Assembly (NCBI GenBank): GCA_963759785.1
Contig: CAVXAM010000005.1
Span: 360,420-424,419 of the forward strand
DNA: 64,000 nucleotides
DNA from: an uncultured Chloroflexia bacterium
GTDB lineage: Bacteria > Chloroflexota > Dehalococcoidia > Dehalococcoidales > RBG-16-60-22
Reading direction: 5' to 3'
Under the pieces are notes generated by a model. That model did not search any database. It was not told the origin of the DNA and saw only the letters and a list, made by a program, of their open reading frames with translations. Made by a program: the position numbers and the translations under genes. Positions 46,985 through 56,604 of this stretch are shown piece by piece (the first letter of the stretch is position 1; every line of letters begins with the position of its first letter).

Positions 46985-48676
46985 TTACGGGGGCGAGGTA
47001 ACGGTGGTATAAGGCCAGGCGCTTAAGCTGCCGTCCATGAAGCTGACGTTTTTAAAACCGGCTCCGTCAAGTATTCGCTGCGCCTGGTAAGCCCGGATGC
47101 TCGTCCGGCAGAGAATGACTATCTCATCGTCTTTAGAAAGCTCGCTCATTCTCTGGCGCAGCTCCGGCAGGGGGAGGAGCTTTACCTGCGGGGCTTCGAT
47201 ACGCTGGGCATTCCATTCAGCCGGTGAGCGCACGTCCAGCAGGACGAATTTTTCGTTTTTATCGAGCTTGTTTTTCACTTCCTGTGGCGTCAATGCCGCG
47301 CGCGTAGCCGGCCTGCTTGTTGCGGATGACATTGGCGGCATGGTGCAGCGGGTCCATGGCGCAGTTATAGGGCGGCGCGTAACCAAGGTCTAGATTGGCG
47401 AGGTCGTCGACCTTGGCTCCCAGAGTTATTGCGGTTGCCAGCACATCGATACGTTTGGCGACGTCGCCTAACCCGATTATCTGCCCGCCTAGCAGCCTGC
47501 CGCTGGACTTTTCGGCGATTAGTTTGACGAGGATATCTTTAGAACCCGGGTAATAGGTGGCGTGGTCGAAACTGGGGACAAGAGAGGTGATTATCTCAAG
47601 ACCGGCCTGCTTTCGCCTGCGACTCGTTAAGTCCCGTCCGCCCCACGTTATAGTCGAATACCTTAACGACGCCCGTCCCCACCATGCCGGGGAAGGTATC
47701 GCTGCCGCCGGTGATATTAGTGCCGATGACCCGGCCGTGCTTGTTGGCGGTCGAACCCAGCGGCACTAAGGTTTTCTGTTGGGTAATCAGGTTGACCATC
47801 TCCACGCAATCGCCGCCGGCATAAATATCCGGGTCGCTGGTCTAGGAGACGGCTGTTAACGGCGATACCGCCCGGTCGTGCCGATGGTTAAGCCGGCCTC
47901 TTTAGCCAGGGCGACATTAGGTCTAACGCCCAGCGAAAGCAGCACCAATCCTGCATCGACTCCCGTATTCCGCCGACCATTACTTTATTTACCCGCCCCT
48001 CGCTATCGCCCTGAAAACCGGTAACGCGCTGCCCGAACATCAGGTTGACGCCTTTAGCTTTGAGGTGTTTTTCGACGTGGGCGGCGATTTCGGCGTCCAG
48101 TAGAGCCGGCAGTGGCCAGCCTAACGCTTCGAGGACGGTGACTTTAAGCCCCAGCGCCGAAAAATTTTCCGCCGCCTCCAGCCCGATAAGCCCCGCCCCC
48201 ACGATCACCACCTCTTTATTCTTTAAGGTGGCGATATAGCTGCGGATACCGACGGCATCCGGGATATTATTCAGCGTAAAGATGCCCTTTAAGTCCTTGC
48301 CCTCCCAGTTAGGCACGGTCGGCGAAGCGCCGGTGGCGATCACCAGCTTATCGTAATCCAACGTTTGGTGCTTATCGGTTTTAATGTCTACTATTTCCAC
48401 GGTGTGGGCTTTACGGTTAATGGCGATGGCTTTGGTGCCGGTAAAAACGGTCATATCGAAAACATTGCGGAAGTAGTCCGCCTGACGCGATATTAAGTCG
48501 CTCTCTCTTACCACCCCGCCGATAAAGTAGGGCAGGCCGCAGGTGGCGGTGGAGAGATTATCTCGCTGCTCGATGATGGTTATTTTAGCGGTTTGGTCTA
48601 AACGGCGCGCCCGGGCGGCGGCTTTAGGTCCGCAGGCCGTCCCCCCGATGATGACGATATTGTTTTGCTTAGGCAT
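46985..48676 (-). pseudogene. CoA-disulfide reductase/NADH oxidase-like flavoprotein with a C-terminal rhodanese domain, multiply frame-disrupted
   Basis: IIGGTACGP, redox Cys TCGLPY and VGAGLIGLE are intact. After ~47975 the conserved blocks lie in successive different frames. These blocks are GVDAGLVLLSLGVRPN, GGIAVNSRL, TSDPDIYAGGDC, AGLEIITS...GYAPPY and rhodanese ...VILCRTSIRA. At least 5 frame switches. Confidence 0.75.
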
Positions 48677-48749
48677 ATGATTACCTCCAAGAGGGTGCTT
48701 CTAAAGTGGAGTGTATCGGAATTTGAGTTGAAGCGCAAATCTCTGGCGT

Positions 48750-48776
48750 GTCATTCTAGCGAAGGCCAGAATCCAT
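48750..48776 (+). repeat. 27-nt palindromic intergenic element, copy 3
   Basis: gtcattctagcgaaggccagaatccat, with one stem mismatch. Confidence 0.75.
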
Positions 48777-48927
48777 TTTAATTATTAGCGATTTATGAAT
48801 TATTAAGACGGATTTCAGCCGGAGTTTACCCTGAGCGAAACCGAAGGAAGCGACTAGAGGGATTTTTATTAATCCATGTTTAGGAGTAATATGTTGATAA
48901 ACTCTGAATCTAGTAAGGAGATAAACC

Positions 48928-49392
48928 ATGAAAAACGATGCGGCTGTAAAATCGACTTTTACACGGTTAGTTCATATCGGAGTAGTGGTCAGGGATATGA
49001 ATAAAACTGTCGAACGTCTGACTACTTTAGGGATAGGTCCCTTCACTCCGAGGATTCTGCCTCCCGATGCTCAAGAAACATATCGGGGTAAGACTTTTGT
49101 GCCCAGCCAGAGAGTGAAGATTCAAATTACTCATATCGGCGATATGGAGCTTGAGCTAATCCAACCCATTGATGGTGAATCGCCGCATCAGGAATTTCTC
49201 GAACAAAAAGGCGAGGGCATTCAACATCTGGGATTCATGGTTGATAATCTTGAAGAAGACGTAAAGCGTCTGACTAAACAGGGTTCCGAGATATTACTGA
49301 CATCCCAATTCAAGGGGGGCGGTGGGGTAGCTTACCTCGACCTTGATGCGGCGGGACTGATAGTTGAGCTGGTGCAGCCAGGCGGGAGATAA
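48928..49392 (+). CDS. VOC/glyoxalase-fold protein (methylmalonyl-CoA epimerase-like)
   Basis: LVHIGVVVRDM...GEGIQHLGFMVDN...VELVQP is the paired beta-alpha-beta-beta-beta module pattern with conserved H/E ligand positions. Confidence 0.75.
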   Translation: MKNDAAVKSTFTRLVHIGVVVRDMNKTVERLTTLGIGPFTPRILPPDAQETYRGKTFVPSQRVKIQITHIGDMELELIQPIDGESPHQEFLEQKGEGIQHLGFMVDNLEEDVKRLTKQGSEILLTSQFKGGGGVAYLDLDAAGLIVELVQPGGR

Positions 49393-49398
49393 AAAAAT

Positions 49399-49420
49399 GG
49401 GGGAGCCTTTCGGCTCCCCC
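49399..49420 (-). terminator. rho-independent terminator of the minus-strand molybdoenzyme operon
   Basis: Stem gggggagcc/ggctccccc with loop tttc. The A7 at 49391-49397 gives a U-run for the minus-strand transcript. Confidence 0.65.
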
Positions 49421-49445
49421 TCTAAGCAAGGCGTTGACTATTCTA

Positions 49446-50276
49446 CTATTTCTTTTTTGTTTTGTCCAGCGGTATATCGCCCAGGTTAATATCTTTCTCC
49501 GTGTTTAGCTTATCGAAAGATTTAGCGGCGAAACCCTTGGCTTCAATCGTCAGTTTATAAGTGCCGTCCGCCAGACCGTGGAACCAGAAATCGCCGAAAC
49601 CATCGGTAGTCGCGGTCACTGTCTTGCCGGCTTTAGGTCCGGTTAGCGTGCAGGTAGCGCCGATAACGACCTCTTTCTCGATGGGGTCGTAAACGGTGCC
49701 GGCGATGAACTTCTTGGGGATATTCAGGTAGTACACCCGCGGTTTCGCTTTAGCTTCCGGCTTAAGCACCTCGGCTTTAGCGATGAGGTCTTTAAAGTCC
49801 TTCTCTTCGCCGAACTTAATTGCCTCGGTGGGACATGAATCGGCGCAGCGCGGTATTTTCCACTCCCCGCCGTCCAGCAGGTGGGCGCAGCCGGTGCATT
49901 TCTGGGCAATATTCAGGCTCTCGTTGAAGAAGATAGCGTTATAAGGGCAGGCGTCCACGCAGGCTTTACAGCCGGTGCATTTCACCGGGTCGATAATGAC
50001 CAGCCCGTCGTCGCGTTTATAGATAACGCCTTCGACCGGACAGGCAGGAATGCAGGGCGCTTCGTCACAGTGCATGCAGAGCATGGGGATATAATGCATC
50101 TTTACCTTGGGCACGGTACCTCGGATATATTCCTGGAGTTTCAGCCAGAACTGGCCGGTATCCGGCTGGGGTTTAGCAATCGGCGTCCAGTCGTTGCCGA
50201 CATGCTCGTCCTTGCAGGCTATCTGGCAGCTGTAACAGCCGTTACAAATTCCGACATCAATAACGAAGACCTTCAT
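49446..50276 (-). CDS. molybdoenzyme Fe-S (beta) subunit with a C-terminal beta-sandwich domain
   Basis: Several ferredoxin-type Cys clusters (CNGCYSCQIAC, CMHCDEAPC, CTGCKACVDAC, CTGCAHL...C). The C-terminal GTVYD...TDGFGDFWFHGLADGTYKLTIEAKGF is carboxypeptidase-regulatory/Ig-like. Confidence 0.85.
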   Translation of the reverse strand: MKVFVIDVGICNGCYSCQIACKDEHVGNDWTPIAKPQPDTGQFWLKLQEYIRGTVPKVKMHYIPMLCMHCDEAPCIPACPVEGVIYKRDDGLVIIDPVKCTGCKACVDACPYNAIFFNESLNIAQKCTGCAHLLDGGEWKIPRCADSCPTEAIKFGEEKDFKDLIAKAEVLKPEAKAKPRVYYLNIPKKFIAGTVYDPIEKEVVIGATCTLTGPKAGKTVTATTDGFGDFWFHGLADGTYKLTIEAKGFAAKSFDKLNTEKDINLGDIPLDKTKKK

Positions 50277-52908
50277 TATTCCATACCTCCTTCGACCCAG
50301 GCGTTAAAGCGCAGACCGGAGCCGGGTCGTACTCTCTCTTAAAAGCAGCGTCGAACGACTCGGGGTCTTTCGCGCGCCACTCCTGATAATCTTTTTCGGT
50401 GACTTTCTGTACGTCTACCAGGTAGCCGCTGGTTGCCTGACCGCAGGCGTTCTTGGAAACGATACCGTTGGGCGAGATGGTGTTGATCGCCCCACCGCGG
50501 TCGACGCCATCGATAATCGGGTCATGGCGGGCGCCGTGGTCGACATAGGTTACGCCGGGACTCATCCGCTCCCAGACGCGGGCACCGCAGAGCACTATGC
50601 CGCGCTCGTTAAATACTTTAACGATATCGCCGTCTTTGATGTCGCGTTTCGCCGCGTCCTTCGGGTTGAGCCAGACCGGCTCGTAGCGGTAGCCGTCTGT
50701 CCCCAGCACTTTACCGGTCGGGGTTTCACGCGTCCAGCTGATATCGTCGCCCTGGGCATGGGTGCGCCACCGGCCGTGGTTGGACATCAATAATAACGGG
50801 AACAAGGCGGCTCTCTCGCTGGAGATACGCTCATCATGCGTCTCGCCCTTTTCTATCCACTTGGGGTGGGGTGGCCTTTCTTTATCATCGGGGAAGTGTT
50901 TCGCCAGCCGTTCAGAATAAAACTCCAGCTTACCGCTTGGCGTCTGTAGTGGATTGTTCTTGGGGTCTTCGTAGAATTTCCTGAAACCAGGCGAGTCGTT
51001 CTCCCAATCTTTAGCCACCGGGTAGACGAAATATTTTTTCTCCATGAAGTTTTCCCAGGTGGTCATCGCGCCCAGTTCCATGGTGTCGAAGACATCTTTT
51101 TGCAAGTCGCGGGTTGTTTTGCCTTCGGAGAACTTTTTCCCCAAGCCGAGTTTTTCGGCAATCGCCAAGACGATTTCGTAATCGCTCCTGGATTCGCCGA
51201 TGGGCTTAATCGCCTGTTCCTGGATAGTAACGCTCTGGAAGTGGGGACCCTGCCGCGAGTTGGTGACGATGTCTTCGACTTCCAGTGTGGTATTCGCCGG
51301 CAGGATGATATCGGCATAAAGGCATTCGTTTTCCAGCCAGGGGTGCTGGGCGACGATGCACTCAATCGATTCGTGCTGGAAGGCGTCAATCGTCCAGTTG
51401 CCGTGCCCCCAGCAGGTAATGCGACAGGGCGTATCCGTCCATATCATGTGTATCAAGGTGCCGCCCTTTTCTTTGGCTATCGGGTAAGTATATTTAACGA
51501 ACTGGTCTTCGGTTTGTGATTCCTGTCCGCCGCTGCCGTTGAACGTTAGAGGCGGCTTAAGGATGGCGTCCTGAATCAGCGTCTTGGGGATTATCTGTTT
51601 GCCCCAGGCATCGATGGTCGTGCGGCAGGGGATTCTTAAGCGTTCGGTTAAAGCCGGGTTAAAATAGCGGATACTCTTTAAACCTTCGGCGCGGGGCATG
51701 CCGAAGTAGCTTATCTGGCATTGATGCACGCCGGGTCCGCCAAGTCCCTGCATCCCCAGCAGAATGCATTCCAGACGGCCGGGTTCATGCGAGTAAGGAC
51801 CGCGGATGAAAGAACCGCCGAAGTAATGTATGATAGACGTAACTTTTTTACCGAACTCCCGCGCCAGGGCTTTAATCGTCCATTCCGGCACGCCGCATTT
51901 CTTCGATGCCCATTCGGGGGTCTTGGCTATTCCGTCTTCTTTGCCCAGCACGTAGTTTTCGACATATTCCATGCCAACGGCGTGGGTTTTAATGTATTCT
52001 TTCTTCCAGGTGCCTTCCTTAAGCCAAACGTAGATTATTGCCAGCTGAAGGGCGGCATCGGTATTTGGCAGCACCGGTATCCATTTATCGGCGTGTACCG
52101 CGGCGCCGTAGTTAAGTTCGGGGCAGATGTAGACCTGTGGAATGCCAGCCTGCGTCCAGAAGTAGCAGATACGCGTGGCATACTGACCGGTAAAGCCCCA
52201 GGGGGTAGTTTCCGGGTCGCAGCCCCAGAAGAGTAAAAGCTCGGAGTTTTCCGTGATATCTTTAATTAAGTTGGCGGCTGGCGACATCATTCCTTGGAAG
52301 CCCTGCCCCCAGACGTGTTTCGAGCCCCAGTACCAGCCTTCCCAGCTGTCCGGACCTCTTACCTGTTGGGTGAAGCCGCCCATCATATCGAGGAGGCGGC
52401 CGTTGTGACCGTGGGGGGTATGAATCGTCTTGCATTCACCGTGGCCGTCTCCCTGCACCAGGATGGAAAGCGGGCCATACGTTTTATGCATGCGCTTGAT
52501 TTCATTAGCCACGATTGCCGTCGCTTCATCCCATGAGATACGGCGGTACTTGCTTTTACCGCGGTTCTGGGGATTTCGCTCGCCGTTGGGGTCCCAATCC
52601 ACCCTGATGAGTGGATACTTGATACGGTTAGGAGAGTAAGTCCTTTTCTTATATGCCAGTGAGAACGTTCCCGGCAGCGCTTTAAGCAGCGGTTCCAGTG
52701 TCTTGCCGTTCCGTTTCATCTTCCAGGCGTTGAATTTCTTACTATCGTACTTCCAGTCGTAGTGGAATGGGCGGATTCTGACGGCTTTGCCGTCTTTAAC
52801 ATCGACGAAGCATTCGCCGCCGCCCCCGAGCAGGCCGCCGAGCGCCAGAGATTTCATCACGATTTTGTCTGGCTTTACGTCGACTTTCTTGACTTTTACG
52901 TCAGCCAT
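50257..52908 (-). CDS. molybdopterin (bis-MGD) oxidoreductase alpha subunit, pyrogallol transhydroxylase/resorcinol hydroxylase-like
   Basis: 883 aa. No twin-arginine signal and no N-terminal CxxCxxxC cluster motif. Blocks VDVKDGKAVRIRP, DPNGERNPQNRG, ISWDEA and PDSWEGWYWG resemble my recollection of the Pelobacter acidigallici AthL sequence. Confidence 0.75.
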   Translation of the reverse strand: MADVKVKKVDVKPDKIVMKSLALGGLLGGGGECFVDVKDGKAVRIRPFHYDWKYDSKKFNAWKMKRNGKTLEPLLKALPGTFSLAYKKRTYSPNRIKYPLIRVDWDPNGERNPQNRGKSKYRRISWDEATAIVANEIKRMHKTYGPLSILVQGDGHGECKTIHTPHGHNGRLLDMMGGFTQQVRGPDSWEGWYWGSKHVWGQGFQGMMSPAANLIKDITENSELLLFWGCDPETTPWGFTGQYATRICYFWTQAGIPQVYICPELNYGAAVHADKWIPVLPNTDAALQLAIIYVWLKEGTWKKEYIKTHAVGMEYVENYVLGKEDGIAKTPEWASKKCGVPEWTIKALAREFGKKVTSIIHYFGGSFIRGPYSHEPGRLECILLGMQGLGGPGVHQCQISYFGMPRAEGLKSIRYFNPALTERLRIPCRTTIDAWGKQIIPKTLIQDAILKPPLTFNGSGGQESQTEDQFVKYTYPIAKEKGGTLIHMIWTDTPCRITCWGHGNWTIDAFQHESIECIVAQHPWLENECLYADIILPANTTLEVEDIVTNSRQGPHFQSVTIQEQAIKPIGESRSDYEIVLAIAEKLGLGKKFSEGKTTRDLQKDVFDTMELGAMTTWENFMEKKYFVYPVAKDWENDSPGFRKFYEDPKNNPLQTPSGKLEFYSERLAKHFPDDKERPPHPKWIEKGETHDERISSERAALFPLLLMSNHGRWRTHAQGDDISWTRETPTGKVLGTDGYRYEPVWLNPKDAAKRDIKDGDIVKVFNERGIVLCGARVWERMSPGVTYVDHGARHDPIIDGVDRGGAINTISPNGIVSKNACGQATSGYLVDVQKVTEKDYQEWRAKDPESFDAAFKREYDPAPVCALTPGSKEVWNNEGLRY

Positions 52909-53127
52909 GGCAGTTACTCTCCTTCCAACAATGTAGTGTTTTTATAGTGAGTGGTATCTTTCAGACGTGCTGAACTGCTGTTTTCGTTAATATTTTTCCT
53001 GAAAACAAGGGGAAATTTACGCAGTACCATAAAAATTTACTATAGCGAGCTTCTCCTTGTCAAGTTAGATAATATACTTGTTGTACTTTATGTATTGTAC
53101 TTTGGGTTGTGTTCGTGTTGTCAGCCA

Positions 53128-53153
53128 TTGACTATTAGTTTTTATGGTATAAT
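53128..53153 (+). promoter_or_regulatory. candidate extended -10 promoter of ftsH
   Basis: TGGTATAAT (TG-n-TATAAT, 53145..53153). TTGACT lies only 14 nt upstream. About 30 nt before ATG 53183. Confidence 0.35.
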
Positions 53154-53182
53154 TATTATTGTAACAGGAATCGGGGTAAACA

Positions 53183-55120
53183 ATGAAATCGAACTGGAAG
53201 CGTAATGGCATCATCTACGTCGTCGTATTAGTCGCGGCGGTGCTTCTTTTTTCGTTCCTCATGCCGGGCAGTAGCTCGCCGGAGGAAGTGCCGTTAAGCC
53301 AGGTTGTCACCATGTCGCAGAACAACGAAATCCAAAAAATTACCGTAGAAGGCGATTTACTAACGATTACGACGGTCACTGGCGGGCAGGTACAGGCATA
53401 TAAAGAAACCAGCTCGACCATCTACGATATTAAAGACCTGAAACTCGATAACGTGGTGGTGGATATCAAAGGCTCATCGGGGATTGACTGGGGCGGGTTA
53501 ATTTTAAACTTCCTGCCGTTCATATTATTAATCTTCTTATTCTGGCTCATTTTACGACAGGCTCGCGGTGCCAATAACCAGGCAATGAGTTTTGGCCGCA
53601 GCCGCGCTAGACTATTCCCCGCCAATCGAGCTACCGTCACTTTCGCTGATGTAGCCGGCGCTGAAGAAGCGAAACAGGATATGCAGGAAGTCGTCGAATT
53701 CCTTAAATCTAAAGAGAAATTCCAGTCCCTCGGCGCCCGCATACCAAAGGGCGTATTATTAGTAGGTCCGCCCGGTACTGGTAAAACCTTATTAGCGCGG
53801 GCTGTTGCCGGCGAAGCTGATGTGCCTTTCTTCTCGATTAGCGGTTCCGAGTTCGTTGAAATGTTTGTCGGCGTTGGCGCCTCGAGGGTGCGCGACCTCT
53901 TCGACCAGGCGAAACGCAACACGCCGTGTATCGTCTTTATCGATGAAATTGATGCCGTCGGCCGCCAGCGCGGTACTGGTCTTGGCGGCAGCCATGATGA
54001 AAGAGAGCAGACCCTGAACCAGATTCTGGTGGAGATGGACGGCTTCGATACTAACACCAGCGTTATCGTTATCGCCGCCACCAACCGCCCCGATATCCTC
54101 GACCCCGCTTTACTGCGTCCCGGCCGTTTCGACCGCCGCGTGGTGCTGGACTTACCGGATATCGTCGGTCGTCTGGCTATCTTAAAAGTGCATACCAACG
54201 GCAAACCGCTGGATAAAGACGTCGACCTCGAAGTACTCGCTAAAGGCACGGTCGGGTTCAGCGGCGCCGACCTGGCTAACTTGGTTAACGAAGCGGCTAT
54301 TATGGCGGCTCGAAACAACAAAAAGGTTATTGGCAACGATGATCTCGAAGAATCTATCGACAGAGTCATCGCCGGACCCGAACGCAAGAGCCGGAAAATC
54401 AGTCCTAAAGAAAAAGAAATTACCGCCTATCACGAAGCTGGTCATGCCCTCGTCGGCAGGCTGCTGCCTAACGCCGACCCTGTGCATAAGATATCTATCA
54501 TTGCCCGCGGCATGATTGGCGGGTATACGAAACAGCTGCCGACGGAAGACCGCTATCTGCACAGTCGCTCGTACATGAAGGATATGCTGGCATACGCGCT
54601 AGGCGGCAGAGCAGCCGAAGAAATTATCTTTAACGAAATTACCGATGGTGCCAAGAGCGATATCGAGCGTGCTACTAAATTGGCGCGGGCGATGGTCACC
54701 GACTATGGCATGAGTGAGAAATTAGGTCCCCGGACCTTCGGCCATAAAGAAGAGATGGTCTTCCTCGGACGGGAAATTTCCGAACAGAGGGACTATAGCG
54801 AAGAAGTCGCTCGGCAGATTGATGAAGAAGTCCAGAGCATCATTCTTGAAGCTCATAAAACTGCCCATGGGATTCTAACGAAAAACCGGAAGAAACTGGA
54901 GCAGCTGGCTCAAGAACTAATTAATAAAGAAACGCTGGAAGGCAATGACCTTGAGCGGCTCTTTAGTGACCTTGGCTTAGCCAAAACCGCCGAGAAAATC
55001 AAGAAAACAGCGATTCCGGTGCCGGTAAAACCGGTAGCCGAAGGCGAGCAGATAACACAGCCAAAGAAGGCTCCGGCAGTACCCCGGCTTGTACCCAAGC
55101 AAACCCCCGCCGCTGACTAA
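53183..55120 (+). CDS. ftsH: ATP-dependent zinc metalloprotease FtsH
   Basis: Two N-terminal TM segments, Walker [12 protein letters not shown] motif, HEAGH zinc site. Confidence 0.97.
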   Translation: MKSNWKRNGIIYVVVLVAAVLLFSFLMPGSSSPEEVPLSQVVTMSQNNEIQKITVEGDLLTITTVTGGQVQAYKETSSTIYDIKDLKLDNVVVDIKGSSGIDWGGLILNFLPFILLIFLFWLILRQARGANNQAMSFGRSRARLFPANRATVTFADVAGAEEAKQDMQEVVEFLKSKEKFQSLGARIPKGVLLVGPPGTGKTLLARAVAGEADVPFFSISGSEFVEMFVGVGASRVRDLFDQAKRNTPCIVFIDEIDAVGRQRGTGLGGSHDEREQTLNQILVEMDGFDTNTSVIVIAATNRPDILDPALLRPGRFDRRVVLDLPDIVGRLAILKVHTNGKPLDKDVDLEVLAKGTVGFSGADLANLVNEAAIMAARNNKKVIGNDDLEESIDRVIAGPERKSRKISPKEKEITAYHEAGHALVGRLLPNADPVHKISIIARGMIGGYTKQLPTEDRYLHSRSYMKDMLAYALGGRAAEEIIFNEITDGAKSDIERATKLARAMVTDYGMSEKLGPRTFGHKEEMVFLGREISEQRDYSEEVARQIDEEVQSIILEAHKTAHGILTKNRKKLEQLAQELINKETLEGNDLERLFSDLGLAKTAEKIKKTAIPVPVKPVAEGEQITQPKKAPAVPRLVPKQTPAAD

Positions 55121-55138
55121 TCTATCCATAACGATACC

Positions 55139-55543
55139 ATGATTCAAATCACCGATAAACCTATCTCACCGGAATTGGCTATCAATCAGGCAAAAACATC
55201 GGCTAGCGGTTGCGTTGCAACTTACGTCGGGCTTATTCGAGATAATTCAAGAGGCAAGTCGGTCTATTCAGTAGAATACAGCGATACCGACGGTAAAGCC
55301 GCGGAAAAACTGGACGCTATCGCTAAAGAAGTCAAGCGTAAATACCCGGTTAACAAGGTCGTTATCTTTCACCGTATCGGAAAACTTAAGGTGGGCGACA
55401 TTAATCTGGTAGTGGCGGTAGCGGCGGCGCACCGTACCGAAGGACTTGCCGCTGTAGCTTATGCCGTCGACCTTTTTAAAGAAAGGTTGCCCACGGCGAA
55501 AAAAGAGACTTACACGGACGGCACTATCTGGGAAGGGCACTAG
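55139..55543 (+). CDS. moaE: molybdopterin synthase catalytic subunit MoaE
   Basis: 134 aa. GCVATYVGLIRD...HRIGKLKVGDINLVVAVAAAHR...KE pattern typical of MoaE. Confidence 0.8.
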   Translation: MIQITDKPISPELAINQAKTSASGCVATYVGLIRDNSRGKSVYSVEYSDTDGKAAEKLDAIAKEVKRKYPVNKVVIFHRIGKLKVGDINLVVAVAAAHRTEGLAAVAYAVDLFKERLPTAKKETYTDGTIWEGH

Positions 55544-55549
55544 CAAAAC

Positions 55550-55576
55550 GTCATTCCCGCGAAGGCGGGAATCCAG
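55550..55576 (+). repeat. 27-nt palindromic intergenic element, copy 4
   Basis: gtcattcccgcgaaggcgggaatccag, between convergent moaE and the polyprenyl synthase gene. Confidence 0.85.
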
Positions 55577-55608
55577 CCCCTTTCTCCCCACTAACTACCA
55601 ACTACTCC

Positions 55609-56604
55609 CTACGTTCCCTGTTTTATTACAAAATCAGCCAGGTCGTATAACGCCTGACGGCTGTCGGACTTCGGTAAAGACTCGAGACTCCGGCAGGCTT
55701 TTTCATAATATTCTCCGGCGACTTTATAACCGTCTTTGATTATCGTCGTATTTCTGATGATAGCGATAGTTTCCGCCACGTATTTTTTATCCTTCGTTTC
55801 GAAAAACTTCGCGACCGGATTATCCTTGGGGCTGCGTTCCGCGACCATCATGGCCGGTAGAGTTAACGTCCCCTGCATCAGGTCGGACCCGACCGGTTTG
55901 CCCATGATAGCTTCGGTGCTGGTAAAGTCCAGAATGTCGTCGACTATCTGGAAGGCGATGCCCATATTATCGGCATACTCTTTCATCGCTAGGATGGCTT
56001 TTTCCGGCGCTTTGCCCAATACCGCCCCGGACTGTGTCGCTAAAGAAAACAACGAGCCGGTCTTACGATAAATACGGTGGAGATAGTCCTCGCGGTTTTG
56101 GCGGACGTTATAAGCGCCGCGGAACTGCCCGATTTCGCCGCTGGAGATGATGCCCAGCGTCTGCGAAAAGAGCTTAATCACGCGGGGATTTTGCGTATCC
56201 GCCACGAATTCGCCGGCTTTAGCGAATAAAAAGTCCCCCATCAGGATAGCTATTTCATCCCCCCACTTGCTATTGATGGTCGTCCTGCCGCGCCGCGTCG
56301 ACGCTTTATCGATAGCGTCGTCATGCACCAGCGTGGCGGTGTGCATCAGCTCTACAGAAACAGCCATCGGCAGCAGGTACGTGAGGTCGTAATGAAATAG
56401 CTTGCCGGAGAATAGCGTTAGCGCCGGACGCATCCCTTTACCGGTCTCGCTGACGATATAGTTAACCTGCTCCGAGAGCCATTTATAGTCGATATGACTG
56501 ATAGACTTTAAGGTCGTTTTTACTTTATTTAAATCCTTCTGGATGGGGGCGTAAATCTGCTTAAGTTCCAAGGCGTTTGCTCTCCTCTTCGATAATGCTC
56601 TCAT
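55609..56604 (-). CDS. trans-polyprenyl diphosphate synthase (hepta/octaprenyl type)
   Basis: First and second Asp-rich motifs LVHDDAIDK and IVDDILD. The start is uncertain: ATG 56604 overlaps the metG end by 44 nt, and TTG 56571 is an alternative. Confidence 0.9.
   Translation of the reverse strand: MRALSKRRANALELKQIYAPIQKDLNKVKTTLKSISHIDYKWLSEQVNYIVSETGKGMRPALTLFSGKLFHYDLTYLLPMAVSVELMHTATLVHDDAIDKASTRRGRTTINSKWGDEIAILMGDFLFAKAGEFVADTQNPRVIKLFSQTLGIISSGEIGQFRGAYNVRQNREDYLHRIYRKTGSLFSLATQSGAVLGKAPEKAILAMKEYADNMGIAFQIVDDILDFTSTEAIMGKPVGSDLMQGTLTLPAMMVAERSPKDNPVAKFFETKDKKYVAETIAIIRNTTIIKDGYKVAGEYYEKACRSLESLPKSDSRQALYDLADFVIKQGT

Noticed and set aside
52750-52908. Tat signal or N-terminal Fe-S motif on the molybdoenzyme alpha subunit
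   Set aside because: The N-terminus MADVKVKKVDVKPDKIVMKSLALGG... has no RR-x-F-L-K motif and no CxxCxxxC. The enzyme is therefore treated as cytoplasmic.
53422-54387. 321-aa antisense ORF within ftsH
   Set aside because: ftsH is unambiguous on the plus strand. The antisense translation is Ser/Arg/Pro-rich with no motifs.
55268-55591. 107-aa minus-strand ORF overlapping moaE
   Set aside because: It begins in the palindromic element (LDSRLRGND) and is antisense to moaE.
56561-56604. 44-nt overlap of metG and the polyprenyl synthase gene as a functional overlap
   Set aside because: It is more likely a start-codon ambiguity. An in-frame TTG at 56571 would reduce the overlap to 11 nt, and it cannot be resolved from sequence alone.
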